Below are positions 14,345 through 14,632 of a stretch of DNA of 14,632 nt, one piece after another (the stretch's first letter is position 1; every line of letters begins with the position of its first letter). Made by a program: the position numbers and the translations under genes. Source of the stretch: Bacteriovoracaceae bacterium (lineage in GTDB: Bacteria > Bdellovibrionota > Bacteriovoracia > Bacteriovoracales > Bacteriovoracaceae); contig JBLWTJ010000007.1 in the NCBI GenBank assembly GCA_048270185.1, forward strand, positions 1 to 14,632, in the 5' to 3' direction. Below the pieces are notes generated by a model, which had not been told where the DNA came from, made no database searches, and saw nothing but the letters and a program-made list of their open reading frames with translations.

Positions 14345-14632
14345 TTACATTGTCAATTCAGTTCCTGGCTTATCGAAATTACCATTGTCGCGTTGATGTG
14401 TTATTGATTTGATCTGTTTAAAGGATAATTTATCAAGAATTCCTTTTTCCAAGTCGTAAAAATCATCAATAACTTCCGTTCCTTCACCTCTTTCTACAAA
14501 GTACTTCTTGTGCTTAGGTAGAGTGATGCTTTCTTTTATCTTGCTTAACAAATCATCGGGTGAAAACACACTAACATGAAAATTTTCCATTTTTGGTATT
14601 TGTGCGTCTTTAACTTTTACCGCGTAGCTTGC
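14345..14632 (-). CDS. Hypothetical protein, probably 5'-truncated by the window edge
   Basis: Frame stays open from 14590 to the window end (ASYAVKVKDAQIPK-MENF...), and there is no SD before ATG 14590. Confidence 0.7.
   Translation of the reverse strand, partial: ASYAVKVKDAQIPKMENFHVSVFSPDDLLSKIKESITLPKHKKYFVERGEGTEVIDDFYDLEKGILDKLSFKQIKSITHQRDNGNFDKPGTELTM

Noticed and set aside
10182..14412. ORFs 10182-10412, 11167-11364, 12622-12807, 13015-13224, 13679-13897, 14019-14234 and 14182-14412
   Set aside because: Antisense or out-of-frame overlaps with stronger genes; two cross terminators.
1..14632. CRISPR array, iterons, attC integron cassettes, IS ends, tRNA or rRNA
   Set aside because: No regularly spaced direct repeats seen. 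The intergenic hairpins differ in sequence and look like ordinary terminators. No transposase, integrase or RNA-gene signature seen by eye.

Overview
AT-rich (roughly one-third G+C by eye), gene-dense window of about 20 mostly orphan CDS in short, alternately oriented transcription units. The units are punctuated by sigma70-like promoters and intrinsic terminators. There are no housekeeping genes, rRNA/tRNA, CRISPR array, transposase or integrase. The content suggests the accessory region of a large conjugative plasmid or jumbo phage of a Gram-negative host (inference). Recognisable products: a 5'-truncated membrane protein fused to a PEP-synthase/PPDK-type ATP-grasp and phospho-His swivel domain, with a possible degenerate YidC-like N-part; an orphan Panacea (DUF4065/SocA) antitoxin; a trypsin-like serine-protease lipoprotein; a probably inactive DotL/TrbC/TraD-like coupling-protein homologue; a stand-alone ART-PolyVal-type ADP-ribosyltransferase; and a tandem pair of 418-aa Zn-finger-rich paralogues. 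The most striking unannotated structure is at 11675-11789 (-). A promoter drives an 8-codon leader ORF (MYYLKDIF) ending in a triple stop TAG-TAA-TAG. Its last codons form a hairpin that hides the Shine-Dalgarno of a very basic 132-aa protein, which looks like a ribosome-sensing translational switch. All family calls are by-eye motif recognition, not database results.
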